Assembly: GCA_965217035.1 (NCBI GenBank)
Contig: OZ244226.1
Coordinates: 744,001 to 808,000 of the forward strand
DNA length: 64,000 nucleotides
Direction: 5' to 3'
Source: Bacteriovoracaceae bacterium
GTDB lineage: Bacteria > Bdellovibrionota > Bacteriovoracia > Bacteriovoracales > Bacteriovoracaceae
This document shows, one piece after another, positions 18,646-28,552 of the stretch. A program made the position numbers and the translations under genes. The notes under the pieces were generated by a model. It had not been told where the DNA came from. It saw only the letters and a program-made list of their open reading frames with translations, and ran no database searches. Position 1 is the first letter of the stretch. Every line of letters starts with the position of its first letter.

Positions 18646-20040
18646 TTATTTAACATAGCTAAAATCGATCCCGGATAATCCCGTTTTTGTTGTTCCGGAT
18701 AAGTCGAAGTTTCTTGGTAATCTTGCCCCAGATAAATTCGCATTATCAAATTGTGAAATGGTAAACCCTATTGTTTCAAGTAAATCAACAGACATTAAAT
18801 TTATTTGAGTTAATCCTGATACATCAAAGTTTTTAGGTAATATAACTCCTATAATATCTACAGCAGCGTTAAGTTGCGCAACAGTAAGACCAACAGTATT
18901 ACTAAAATCAACACTATTAAGGGATGCTTGATTAAGACTAGAAACATCAAAATTATCTGGAAATTTGATACCCACTATATTTCCAGCTGCATTTAACTGT
19001 CCAATTGTAAGACCAATCGTGTTTGAAAAATCAACATTCATCAAATTTGCTTGATTAAGAGCTGAGACATCAAAACTATCTGGAAGTTTAATCCCTGAAA
19101 TATCTGTTGCCATGTTTAGTTGAGCAATAGTAAGGCCAACTGTATTTGAAAAATCGATATTTCTCAAATCTGATTGAGTTAAACTCGAAACATCAAACCC
19201 TGAAGGAAATTTTATTCCATCAATACTACTCGCTGCATTCAATAGTCCAATTGTTAGCCCTGTTGTCGAACTAAAGTCAGCATTTGATAAGTTAGTTAGC
19301 GTCAATCCTGAAACATTAAATCCAGAAGGAAATTTCGTCCCTCCAATATTGACAGCATTGTTAATTTGTCCAATCGTCAACCCAACTGTTCTTGAGAAAT
19401 CGACATCAGTTAAATTTTTATGATTTGGATCAGTCGTATCAAAACTAGAAACATCAAAGCCTGCCGGAAACTTTATCCCAATAGTGTTAGTTGAAGCGTT
19501 AACTAAACCTATGGTTAATCCAATCGTATTTGAAAAGTCTACCTCATAAAGGCTAGTTGCAACTAAAGAAGTGACATCAAAATTTCCTGGGAATTTTATT
19601 CCACCAATACTACTCGCTGCATTTAATTGACTGATATCTAAGCCTATTGTCTTTGAAAAATCAACATTATTTAGATTCGATAGTGTAACCCCTGAAACGT
19701 CAGTACCAGAAGGAAGAACAGTACCAGCAAGGGATGTTGCTGAATTAAGCTGTGCCTCTGAAAAGCCAACAGTTCTTGAAAGATCGACACCAGTTAAATC
19801 TGTTTGAGTTAAGAGAGAGACATCATAACCTATCGGAAAAGTTAAACCTGAAATAGTTCTTCCCCTACGCCCTGCTGAAGAATTATTGACGTCATCAATT
19901 TCGAGAGTCGCTCCATATACTTGTTCTTCTTCATTACTTTGATTACTAACAGAATCACTAGCGGGTATCGTCTTGAGTTCATTACATGAAGTAAAAAATA
20001 AACCCGTTAAAACTATAAAAAGTTGAAGAAATGTTTTCAT
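18646..20040 (-). CDS. Lipoprotein with about ten 41-aa repeats (LRR/pentapeptide-like solenoid)
   Basis: Lipobox FTSC; repeat consensus IxGIKFPxxFDVSxLxxxxLxxVDFSxTxGLTIxQLNxAxx. Confidence 0.85.
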   Translation of the reverse strand: MKTFLQLFIVLTGLFFTSCNELKTIPASDSVSNQSNEEEQVYGATLEIDDVNNSSAGRRGRTISGLTFPIGYDVSLLTQTDLTGVDLSRTVGFSEAQLNSATSLAGTVLPSGTDVSGVTLSNLNNVDFSKTIGLDISQLNAASSIGGIKFPGNFDVTSLVATSLYEVDFSNTIGLTIGLVNASTNTIGIKFPAGFDVSSFDTTDPNHKNLTDVDFSRTVGLTIGQINNAVNIGGTKFPSGFNVSGLTLTNLSNADFSSTTGLTIGLLNAASSIDGIKFPSGFDVSSLTQSDLRNIDFSNTVGLTIAQLNMATDISGIKLPDSFDVSALNQANLMNVDFSNTIGLTIGQLNAAGNIVGIKFPDNFDVSSLNQASLNSVDFSNTVGLTVAQLNAAVDIIGVILPKNFDVSGLTQINLMSVDLLETIGFTISQFDNANLSGARLPRNFDLSGTTKTGLSGIDFSYVK

Positions 20041-20347
20041 CAAATTACCTTTTGTTTAGAAAATAAAATAATAATTCTTTTTCTTATATTCCTCGAAGTT
20101 CCGATTTTAATAAACCCTCCAAAAAAAATGATGAGATATCAATGGCTTAGAAAAAGAGGAAAAAGAACTGATCTCTCAAAAAGCCTCTATTTATTGGCAA
20201 TTGTGATTCAAAGGCTCACGTAAATGCGTATTTCACCGACTCTGTAAATTTTCATAAAGAAATTAATAACTTATAACGCTTTTTATTTGTCTAGATTCTT
20301 TACTCAAGCACGGAATCGCTAATATGAAATATTTTAAAGCTGAAAAA

Positions 20348-20383
20348 TAAAAAAGGGCCCTTAAATTCTTGAGGACCCTTTTC
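20348..20383 (-). terminator. Rho-independent terminator of fliC
   Basis: Minus strand AAAAGGGTCCTCAA-GAAT-TTAAGGGCCCTTTTTT. Confidence 0.8.
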
Positions 20384-20407
20384 GCGTAGATTAATTATGT
20401 GACTTTA

Positions 20408-21241
20408 TTAAGCTAAAAGTCTTAAAGCGTTCTGACCGTTAGTATTGGTCTGAGCAAGAACAGAAGTTGCAGCAGAGTTGATGATACTAAGCTTCGCATT
20501 CTCAGCAGTTCCTTGAGCATAGTCGAGGTCTCTGATTCGAGAGTACGCAGCAGACAAGTTTTCATCAGTTGTTTGGAGACCATTTGAAACAACTGTTAGT
20601 CTGTTTTGAAGTGCTCCAAGTTCCGCTCTATTCTGATTAATAAGCCCAATAGCAGAGTCAATTCTCTCAAGAGAGCTTTGAGCATCACCTTTTGTAAGAG
20701 CTGAAATTCCATCAATTCCTAAGGCCGAAACTGTTGCATCAGTTCTTTCGGCATCGTACGTAATTCTATCGAGAGTCGCATCATTATGAATTCCAATTTG
20801 AAAGTCAAATTGACCACCTTGACCGTTCATTAGTTTGTGACCATTGAAATCTGTCGACTGCGCAATACGATCAATTTCTTCCTTCAAGTTTTGGTACTCC
20901 ATATCAACGTAGCCTCTTTCTTGATCACCGATTGTGTCTGAAGAAGATTGAATCGCAAGCTCTCTCATACGGTTAAGCATGTTTCCAATTTCTCCGAAAG
21001 CACCTTCAGCAACCTGAACCATTGAAATACCATCGTTCGCATTTCGGTCAGCCTGTCTCATTGATCGGATGTGACCCATCATTTTCTCTGAAATTGCTAA
21101 TCCAGCAGCATCATCAGCAGACTTCGTGATTCTCTGACCTGAAGCTAACTTTGAATAGTTAGATTCTCGACCACGATTGTTTTTCACGAGATTCTTTTGA
21201 GCACCAAGGGAAGCAACGTTGGTGTTGATTCGAAAACCCAT
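20408..21241 (-). CDS. fliC: Flagellin (short, 277 aa)
   Basis: RINTN, LASGQRI..SADDAAGLAIS, RAELGALQNRL, SRIRDLDYA. Confidence 0.97.
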   Translation of the reverse strand: MGFRINTNVASLGAQKNLVKNNRGRESNYSKLASGQRITKSADDAAGLAISEKMMGHIRSMRQADRNANDGISMVQVAEGAFGEIGNMLNRMRELAIQSSSDTIGDQERGYVDMEYQNLKEEIDRIAQSTDFNGHKLMNGQGGQFDFQIGIHNDATLDRITYDAERTDATVSALGIDGISALTKGDAQSSLERIDSAIGLINQNRAELGALQNRLTVVSNGLQTTDENLSAAYSRIRDLDYAQGTAENAKLSIINSAATSVLAQTNTNGQNALRLLA

Positions 21242-21244
21242 TAA

Positions 21245-21318
21245 ATCCTCCTTAATGTTTTCTCACTAACTCCGTGTGTTCAGTTCTCACCTTGAAAACT
21301 GCCATGCCTCCGTGCACC
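21245..21318 (-). promoter_or_regulatory. fliC leader with putative CsrA/RsmA sites
   Basis: GTGC-ACGGAG-GCAT hairpin, a second CACGGAG, and AGGAGGA at the SD. Confidence 0.6.
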
Positions 21319-21361
21319 TGTTTTGGTTAAAAGTGTTTCCCCCTTAAGGGTTACGGTAAAT

Positions 21362-21388
21362 TTTTCGGCATTCTCTAAAGAATCTTTA
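21362..21388 (-). promoter_or_regulatory. Sigma-28 promoter of fliC
   Basis: TAAA-N15-GCCGAAAA. Confidence 0.85.
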
Positions 21389-21556
21389 TGGATAAAAGGA
21401 AATTTTTTCCTTTAAATTGTGTTAAGATCTAGAATCACACTCAGGTACTACAACTTTTTTTGCCGCTTTGAACCTATTTGCCGTCTATTCCCGCCATTCC
21501 AAAAGAGCAGTCTATGCCCAATTCCCTCGTCATCTAACGCACACTACAATAAAGAC

Positions 21557-21883
21557 ATGAAAATAACAGTCTTTCTCATCTTATTCTTGAGTTTTTCAGT
21601 TGTAAGTTATGCTGAAAAAAATATTCGTGTAAATTTCAAAAATCAAAAAATAGAAGTACTTCCTATTAAGTCTTATAAGGGCAAAGCTTCTCTAACCTTA
21701 GACAATAGTTCTTTTAAGAATTTTACTTTAAGGCTCTATAAAAATGATAAGCCCCTTCGTTATATTAAGCTTGGAATGGATAGTTCAAAAACAATTGACT
21801 TAAACCTAGATTCCAATGACAAACTCTATTTACTCCCCTACAACCCTTCAATGAAAATCCTGAACCTGGTTTCAAGCGACTAG
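21557..21883 (+). CDS. Small secreted beta-rich protein
   Basis: Signal peptide from MKITVFL; TACAAT 6 nt upstream of the ATG. Confidence 0.6.
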   Translation: MKITVFLILFLSFSVVSYAEKNIRVNFKNQKIEVLPIKSYKGKASLTLDNSSFKNFTLRLYKNDKPLRYIKLGMDSSKTIDLNLDSNDKLYLLPYNPSMKILNLVSSD

Positions 21884-21885
21884 CG

Positions 21886-23022
21886 ATGATTGAAATTAAT
21901 CCCAATGCTGAAAAAATTATTGTAGTACTTTCAGATGTTCATCTTGGAGCGGGACAATACATTTCGGGGAAAAAGAATCTTTTAGAAGATTTCTTTCACG
22001 ATACTGAATTGATCAATTTTTTTCGTTATTTCAAATCCTGCAATCAAAAAGTAGAAGTTATTATCAATGGTGACTTTCTCGATTTTCTTGCAGTTCCCTA
22101 TGTAAAGTATTTTGATGACGAGTTTTGGAGTGAAAAGGCTAGTGTTGAAAAGCTAAAGCTTATTTATAATGGTCATAAAGATGTATTCGATGCCATGAAT
22201 GACTTCCTCGGACCTGATAAGAAGATCACTTATATCATTGGAAACCATGACGCTGAATTAGTTCTTCCTGCTGTTCAAAAGAAGATCATTTCATTTTTTG
22301 ATCCTATCGTTAGAGATCATTTCAGCCTCGTTCATGAGGAAGATACACATGAGGCAGCTCCTGGAATTTATCTCCAACACGGGCATCAATATGAGAGGGC
22401 CCATATATTTGATCCCCAAAATACAACATTGAAAACTCAAGAAGGTGAACAATACTTAATTCCAGCTTGGGGTTCTTATTATTGTTACCGTGTGCTTAAT
22501 AAATACAAACCTGAAAGAGAATATATCAATCAGATCATGCCAATTAAGCAATACCTCATCCATGGCCTGATTTTTGATACCTTTTTCACTTTGAGATTTA
22601 TGCTTGCTAATGTCTATTATTTTAATATGATTCGTTTTTGGAATCTTTATCTCTCTAAATTTAAATTAGATATTATTTTAAAGGATATAAAAGAAGAGTT
22701 GGTTCTTTTTCAAAATTATGAAAAACTCACAAGAAAGTTTTTTCAACTCAAGGAAGATGCTAAAATTCTTCTCACTGGTCATACTCATTTTGCTCGTTAT
22801 AGAACTTATCACGATGGGACTACATTCATTAATACGGGAACTTGGACACGATTAATTAATCTTGATTTTTCTTATAATATATCAGGCCATAATCTAACGT
22901 TCGCTTTGATTGAACTAGAAAAAGAAAAATATCAATTGAAGGATTTTAATAGAAACGTTAGAAGCCGACTCCTAGAATGGAGTGGGCATTCTAACCTTCC
23001 TTATAAAGAATTTCGTCATTAA
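21886..23022 (+). CDS. Calcineurin-like metallophosphoesterase
   Basis: SDVHLG, GDFLD, GNHD, HGH, GHTH. Confidence 0.85.
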   Translation: MIEINPNAEKIIVVLSDVHLGAGQYISGKKNLLEDFFHDTELINFFRYFKSCNQKVEVIINGDFLDFLAVPYVKYFDDEFWSEKASVEKLKLIYNGHKDVFDAMNDFLGPDKKITYIIGNHDAELVLPAVQKKIISFFDPIVRDHFSLVHEEDTHEAAPGIYLQHGHQYERAHIFDPQNTTLKTQEGEQYLIPAWGSYYCYRVLNKYKPEREYINQIMPIKQYLIHGLIFDTFFTLRFMLANVYYFNMIRFWNLYLSKFKLDIILKDIKEELVLFQNYEKLTRKFFQLKEDAKILLTGHTHFARYRTYHDGTTFINTGTWTRLINLDFSYNISGHNLTFALIELEKEKYQLKDFNRNVRSRLLEWSGHSNLPYKEFRH

Positions 23023-23366
23023 TGAGATTCGACATTTTTAACGTCTAGTTTTTGAGCTTTAATTTGCTCTCTTTTTTGTTTCCATTCAGCTCTTTTCGCA
23101 TCTCTTAATTGCTTAAACTTTGCTTTGTTTTCTTTCCTCATGGCCTTACTTGTCTGCCGACAATTCTTGAGCGCTTTCATGTCTTGTGCAGCAGAGATAC
23201 ATCCTTTAGCTTCACTCAAACCTTTTAATCTTTCTTCAATTCGATTAAGCGCCATTTTTTTCTTCTCAGCAAAAACTTCTTTTTTCATTTCTTTTCTCAT
23301 CGCTTTTTTTCCACCTTCTGAGGCTAAAAGACCTGTTGAAAAGAATAACACCATTAAAATTTTCAT
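23019..23366 (-). CDS. Small secreted Lys-rich helical protein
   Basis: Signal peptide, Cys pair; SD AAGGAG overlaps the uvrB stop. Confidence 0.65.
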   Translation of the reverse strand: MKILMVLFFSTGLLASEGGKKAMRKEMKKEVFAEKKKMALNRIEERLKGLSEAKGCISAAQDMKALKNCRQTSKAMRKENKAKFKQLRDAKRAEWKQKREQIKAQKLDVKNVESH

Positions 23367-23375
23367 ATTTTCTCC

Positions 23376-25370
23376 TTATAAAAGTAAACGGATGTCTTTG
23401 TATTCTTTAATTTCATCTCTGATTCGAGCTGCCTCCTCAAAGTTCAAGTCCATTGCAGCCGCCTTCATTTTCTCTTTTAGGTCAGCAATTGTCTTGTCAA
23501 CTTCTTGTGGGGTAAGCATTTGAAGGTTCAGAGTTCCTTTGTCCCCTTTCTTTTTCGTTGATTTTCTTCCCAGGTACTCAAGAACTCCTTCTCGGATATC
23601 TTTCTGGATTGTTTGAGGAATAATTCCATGTTCCTCATTATAGGCCATTTGCCGTTTTCGGCGATTCTCAGTCACGATCATCGATTCTTTTACACTTTTG
23701 GTTTCAACTTCTCCATAAAGAATTACGCGTCCTTCTGAGTTTCTTGCGGCCCGACCAATCGTTTGGACTAAAGATCGAGTTGATCTTAGAAAACCTTCTC
23801 TATCGGCATCAAAAATTCCGACTAAAGAAACTTCTGGTATATCGAGCCCCTCTCTTAAGAGGTTAATTCCAACTAGAAGATCAAATTCCCCCTCTCTTAA
23901 TTCTCGTATGATTTTTACTCGCTCAAGAGCATCAATATCGGAATGAAGGTATTTTACCTTGAGTCCTATACTTTTATAATAATGAGTTAGTTCTTCTGCT
24001 AATTTCTTAGTCAGAGTTGTTACGAGAATTCTTTGCTTCTTTCGAATGACCTTACGACATTCTCCAAGGAAATCTTCGACTTGATTATTCGAGGGGCGGA
24101 ATTCGACGAGAGGATCTAATAACCCAGTCGGGCGAATAACTTGCTCAACAATTTCTCCTCCTGAATTTTTAACTTCATAATCAGCAGGCGTTGCAGAAAC
24201 AAAAAGGACCTTATTATATTTAGATTCAAACTCTTCAAAATTTAGGGGTCGGTTATCGAGAGCACTTGGTAAACGAAAGCCATGATCAACCAAAGTTTCT
24301 TTTCTCGCTCGATCTCCTCGATACATCCCACCTACTTGTGGAATAGTGATATGAGACTCATCAATTATTAAAAGAAAATCGTCACCAAAGAAATCAATTA
24401 AAGTAGGAGGAGGTTCTCCTGGAGCACTTCCAGTTAAGTGACGTGAGTAATTTTCAATACCGGTACAATAACCAAGCTCTTCAAGCATCTCAAGATCGAG
24501 CAAGGTTCGTTGAGACAACCTACGATTTTCAACCAACTTATCTTCGGATTCTAAATATTGAAGTTGTTCTCTAAGCTCGGTCTGAATTGTACCAATCGCT
24601 GTCTTTAATCGCTCTTGAGTCACTACATAATGAGAAGAAGGATAAATCGTAATTTTATTAAGGTTATCAAGAATAGTCCCTCTTAAAGGGTCGATGAGCA
24701 TGATTTCATCTATTTCATCATCAAAGAACTCTATTCTGATAGCCACTTCATCTTCATGACTTGGAAAAACTTCGACTGTCTCTCCTCGAACACGAAAATT
24801 ACCTCGAGAAAAATCATAATCATTTCTCTGGTATTGAATCATAACAAGGAAGTTTAAAAACTCCTTGATTTTGATTTTTTGATTTTTAAAAATTTTAATC
24901 TTTTGTTTACCATACTCTTCAGGGGAACCAATCCCATAAATACAACTCACAGATGAAATGACAATAACGTCATCTCTTTCTAATAAACTTCGAGTAGCTG
25001 AATGCCGGAGTTTATCAATATCGTCATTAACGGAAGCATCCTTCTCGATATAAGTATCCGATCCTGGAACATAAGCCTCCGGTTGGTAGTAGTCGTAATA
25101 AGAAACAAAATATTCAACCGCATTTTTCGGAAAGAAGCCCTTAAACTCTTCATAGAGTTGGGCCGCAAGAGTTTTGTTATGAGCAAGAATTAAAGTTTTC
25201 TTTTGAAGGCGCTGAATAATGTTGGCCATCGTAAAAGTTTTACCAGAACCCGTAACACCTAGAAGAGTTTGAAATTTTCTTCCTTTATTAAAACTATCGA
25301 CCAAGGCTTCGATCGCCTGAGGTTGATCTCCTGTAGGTAAATAATTTGACTTGAGTTCGAAAGGCTCCAT
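23376..25370 (-). CDS. uvrB: Excinuclease ABC subunit B
   Basis: GDQPQAI, GVTGSGKT, YYDYYQPEAY, DESH, C-terminal UVR domain. Confidence 0.98.
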   Translation of the reverse strand: MEPFELKSNYLPTGDQPQAIEALVDSFNKGRKFQTLLGVTGSGKTFTMANIIQRLQKKTLILAHNKTLAAQLYEEFKGFFPKNAVEYFVSYYDYYQPEAYVPGSDTYIEKDASVNDDIDKLRHSATRSLLERDDVIVISSVSCIYGIGSPEEYGKQKIKIFKNQKIKIKEFLNFLVMIQYQRNDYDFSRGNFRVRGETVEVFPSHEDEVAIRIEFFDDEIDEIMLIDPLRGTILDNLNKITIYPSSHYVVTQERLKTAIGTIQTELREQLQYLESEDKLVENRRLSQRTLLDLEMLEELGYCTGIENYSRHLTGSAPGEPPPTLIDFFGDDFLLIIDESHITIPQVGGMYRGDRARKETLVDHGFRLPSALDNRPLNFEEFESKYNKVLFVSATPADYEVKNSGGEIVEQVIRPTGLLDPLVEFRPSNNQVEDFLGECRKVIRKKQRILVTTLTKKLAEELTHYYKSIGLKVKYLHSDIDALERVKIIRELREGEFDLLVGINLLREGLDIPEVSLVGIFDADREGFLRSTRSLVQTIGRAARNSEGRVILYGEVETKSVKESMIVTENRRKRQMAYNEEHGIIPQTIQKDIREGVLEYLGRKSTKKKGDKGTLNLQMLTPQEVDKTIADLKEKMKAAAMDLNFEEAARIRDEIKEYKDIRLLL

Positions 25371-25490
25371 CGCAAATGAGAATACTTCTAAACGAGCTGA
25401 GGAACAAGTAAATCACACAAGGTACGGCAAAAACTGATCCATTCGCTAAGACACTAGTCGTTATAAGATGAAATGGGTTAAACTTAGTAA

Positions 25491-26966
25491 GTGAGAGCAA
25501 AAGGAATTGTTTTTACCCTGTTATTCATTGGATTCGCAAAAGCGGATACCAATCCTATAACCGCGTGGTTGAATCTACTCGATTCACAGACTTCGGGTAA
25601 TCTCGTTCGTCAAAATCAATCATTCTGCTATGTCGATGATAAAGGAGAAATCCAAGGATACAATTCAGAAAAGTCACTTGGCCTCGCTTCAGTTTCCAAA
25701 ATTCTCACGACTCTTTGGGCATTAAAAAAACTTAACCTCAATCATACCTTTCCTACTAAGCTTTATATCAAAGATAAAAAGGTTCATATTCAAGGTGGAA
25801 AGGATCCGATCTTCTCGAGAAGAAGTATTTACAATATGATTAATAAGTTAAATGACTTAGGGATCAATAAAATTGAAAGTCTCACCTATGATGATAATTT
25901 TTATTTTGTTCCTCAGGCCATCGATAATAGTTCTCATGCCCAAGTTTTTGATGGACCAAATGGAGTTCATTATTGCCGGCCTTATGCCCCCCGTAAACAG
26001 ACTTATAAAGATTTATTACTGAGCTATCTAAATACACCCAACTGGTCTAATAAAAGTATACGAGTTTCTAAGTCACAAGAAGATAGCACGGGCATTAAAT
26101 GCTTGAATGCCCCTATTCGATCGATTCGTTCTGACTATAATCGAAAAAGACAAGTTTTCACAAATTTTGATGCCAATCCAAATCTTGTTGTTCAAAAAGT
26201 AGAGAATTCATCTAAAAATCCTTTTATTAAAAACGGAAAAATATCTTCTGGTGTTAAGGTTTTGAATTTAAAATCCTTAAAACTTATCGAAATTCTAAAA
26301 TATATGAATACAGTTTCTTCAAACTTACCTGCTGATTTGATTTTTCATATTCTTGGAGGAGCAAAAAAGTTTCGAAGTGAAATGTCTGCTATTCTTTCAA
26401 GTATTGGCTACAAGAGTGAAAAACTTTTTATCTCAGGTTCAGGAATTCCATTAAAGACATATAGTTCTGGTACTTGGAAAAGAACAGTCAATGAAATGAG
26501 CTGCCAATCTGTCCTCAAAATTTTAGAACTACTCTTAAGAAAAGTTAATGGAAATAAGATTCCTATTTTTGATAAGTTTGATCAGCCAATTCAAACTCTC
26601 GGTGACAAAATTACGAAACCATATTTGGCCGTTTCTGGAGTTGAAGGTACAGTGAAAAATCGCTTTCAAAGTCAATTTGCAAGAAATTTCGTTGCTAAAA
26701 CAGGAACTCTCTATGATTCCACGACTCTTGCAGGCACATTGAATACGACAAAAGGAAAAAAGCACTTTGTTTTTCTTAATACTTATCCCGTTAATTCTTT
26801 AAGTCCACAACACATTCAGATTTCAAGAAATATTCAAAATGCATCGGTAAAGAAACTTTTCGAGTTTGAGGGTGAAAAAGTAAACTTTCAATACACCTCT
26901 AATTCACAACTTTCATCGCGTAGGTTTCAAACTTTTGTTCAAGATAGTGAGGTTCAAGAATTCTAA
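25491..26966 (+). CDS. dacB: Secreted DacB/PBP4-like D,D-carboxy/endopeptidase (peptidase S13)
   Basis: ASVSK (SxxK), SSN (SxN), KTGTL (KTG), GGKDP, SGSG; signal peptide. Confidence 0.85.
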   Translation: MRAKGIVFTLLFIGFAKADTNPITAWLNLLDSQTSGNLVRQNQSFCYVDDKGEIQGYNSEKSLGLASVSKILTTLWALKKLNLNHTFPTKLYIKDKKVHIQGGKDPIFSRRSIYNMINKLNDLGINKIESLTYDDNFYFVPQAIDNSSHAQVFDGPNGVHYCRPYAPRKQTYKDLLLSYLNTPNWSNKSIRVSKSQEDSTGIKCLNAPIRSIRSDYNRKRQVFTNFDANPNLVVQKVENSSKNPFIKNGKISSGVKVLNLKSLKLIEILKYMNTVSSNLPADLIFHILGGAKKFRSEMSAILSSIGYKSEKLFISGSGIPLKTYSSGTWKRTVNEMSCQSVLKILELLLRKVNGNKIPIFDKFDQPIQTLGDKITKPYLAVSGVEGTVKNRFQSQFARNFVAKTGTLYDSTTLAGTLNTTKGKKHFVFLNTYPVNSLSPQHIQISRNIQNASVKKLFEFEGEKVNFQYTSNSQLSSRRFQTFVQDSEVQEF

Positions 26967-27490
26967 TGAAATATTTAATTATTTTTTCTTTTATTCTCTC
27001 TTGTAATACTCAAAAATCTTCTAAAATAATACCAATGCCAAAGATTGTAACAACAGAAGTCAAAACGATAGAATATCAAGCCAATGAATCTGATCCCGAT
27101 CCACTTTATGATGCCATCAATACGCTTGATGAAGAATTAATCCAAAAAACAGCAACTGATCGATCAAAACTGTTCTCACTTAATAGTTTCAATAAATCAG
27201 GCAGTTCTCCTCTCACCCATTTTCTCATTGTCTCGGCAGACGAAGAAATTGACCGAGCTTCAGTGACAAAAGAGTTAATTAAAATTGGAGCAAATCCTAA
27301 CTTTAAAACAAGTCTAGGACTTTCACCACTTAGTATTTCTATTCAAAATAATTACCCAGATGTTGTGAAAGTACTTCTTGAGAATGGAGCTGATCCAACA
27401 GAAATTCTTCAGGATGGAAAGTCGTTACTTCAGCTAGCAGAAAACCTCAAACGCTCTGAAATTATCATCGCTTTAAAGCAATATCTCTAA
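26966..27490 (+). CDS. Ankyrin-repeat lipoprotein
   Basis: Lipobox ILSC; GSSPLTH, GLSPLSISIQNNYPDVVKVLLENGADP, GKSLLQLA; TAATG overlap with dacB. Confidence 0.85.
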   Translation: MKYLIIFSFILSCNTQKSSKIIPMPKIVTTEVKTIEYQANESDPDPLYDAINTLDEELIQKTATDRSKLFSLNSFNKSGSSPLTHFLIVSADEEIDRASVTKELIKIGANPNFKTSLGLSPLSISIQNNYPDVVKVLLENGADPTEILQDGKSLLQLAENLKRSEIIIALKQYL

Positions 27491-27493
27491 TGA

Positions 27494-28552
27494 ATGAAAA
27501 CCTTTAAAGCGAAGATCTTTTCTCTTACTTATAAAGGTCTTGGAATTGCTCGGACAGAGGAAGGAAAACTCTTCTTTATCCCGAACACATGGCCAGGTGA
27601 CGAAGGAATTTTTGAAATAACCAAAGAACAAAAAAGCTATGGAGAAGCCAAGATACTAGAAATAATCAAAAAGGGAGAACAAAGAGTTTCACCTAAATGC
27701 CAATACCAAGATCAATGTGGAGGATGCCCTTGGATGATTGGTTCTTATGAGTCACAACTCAAATATAAAAAAGAAGTCTTTGAATCTCTTCTAAAACGCT
27801 ACAAAGTGTCTCTCCCTAATATCGAAGTGATTCCTTCAGTCAATCAATACCACTTTAAATCGCGGGCCCAGTTTAAAATAGACCAAGATAAAGTTGGCTT
27901 TTTCAAAGCAAGGTCTCATCAAGTTGTTGATATTGAAGAATGTAAAGTTCTTACTCCTAAAATGAATGAGCTTTTAAAAGAACTAAGAAATAAAGATCGC
28001 GGCAATCTTCAAAAAATTTCACTTGATGAACAAGCCCCTTATAACTTCACTCTCAATTATCGAGCAGCCTTTACTCAAGGGCATTCTCAACAGAATGATT
28101 ATATGAAAAACTGGCTAGAGGAACATATTAATGATCTTTCTTCAGACTTTAATGTTTTAGAACTTTTCGCAGGTTCAGGAAACTTCACAGAAATCCTTAT
28201 AAAACATTTTCATCAAATTACGGCAATTGATTCTTTTGAACCAGGAATCAAAGATCTTGGAAAACGTTTTCCTCAAATCATTGTAAAATGTCTAGATCTT
28301 TATGGGGGAAAATTTCAATTACCGAAAGGAGAAGTTTTATTGCTAGACCCACCAAGAGCAGGTTTAAAGGGTTTAAATATTTCTCAAGAACATCTTCAGC
28401 ATATTTTCTATATCTCTTGTAACCCCGACACTTATCTAAAAGATATAAAACCACTTTTAGAAAACGGTTTTGAAGTAAAAGATTTAAAGATTGTAGATGC
28501 TTTCCCTCACACTCCTCATATGGAGATTGTAAGTTATCTTAGAAGAGATTAG
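27494..28552 (+). CDS. TrmA/RlmD-family RNA m5U methyltransferase
   Basis: TRAM-like N-terminus, CxxxxxCGGC, ELFAGSG, DPPRAG, YISCNP, FPHTPH. Confidence 0.88.
   Translation: MKTFKAKIFSLTYKGLGIARTEEGKLFFIPNTWPGDEGIFEITKEQKSYGEAKILEIIKKGEQRVSPKCQYQDQCGGCPWMIGSYESQLKYKKEVFESLLKRYKVSLPNIEVIPSVNQYHFKSRAQFKIDQDKVGFFKARSHQVVDIEECKVLTPKMNELLKELRNKDRGNLQKISLDEQAPYNFTLNYRAAFTQGHSQQNDYMKNWLEEHINDLSSDFNVLELFAGSGNFTEILIKHFHQITAIDSFEPGIKDLGKRFPQIIVKCLDLYGGKFQLPKGEVLLLDPPRAGLKGLNISQEHLQHIFYISCNPDTYLKDIKPLLENGFEVKDLKIVDAFPHTPHMEIVSYLRRD

Noticed and set aside
20306..20320. Sigma-54-like AAGCACGGAATCGCT
   Set aside because: Lacks the invariant GG and has no downstream + strand gene
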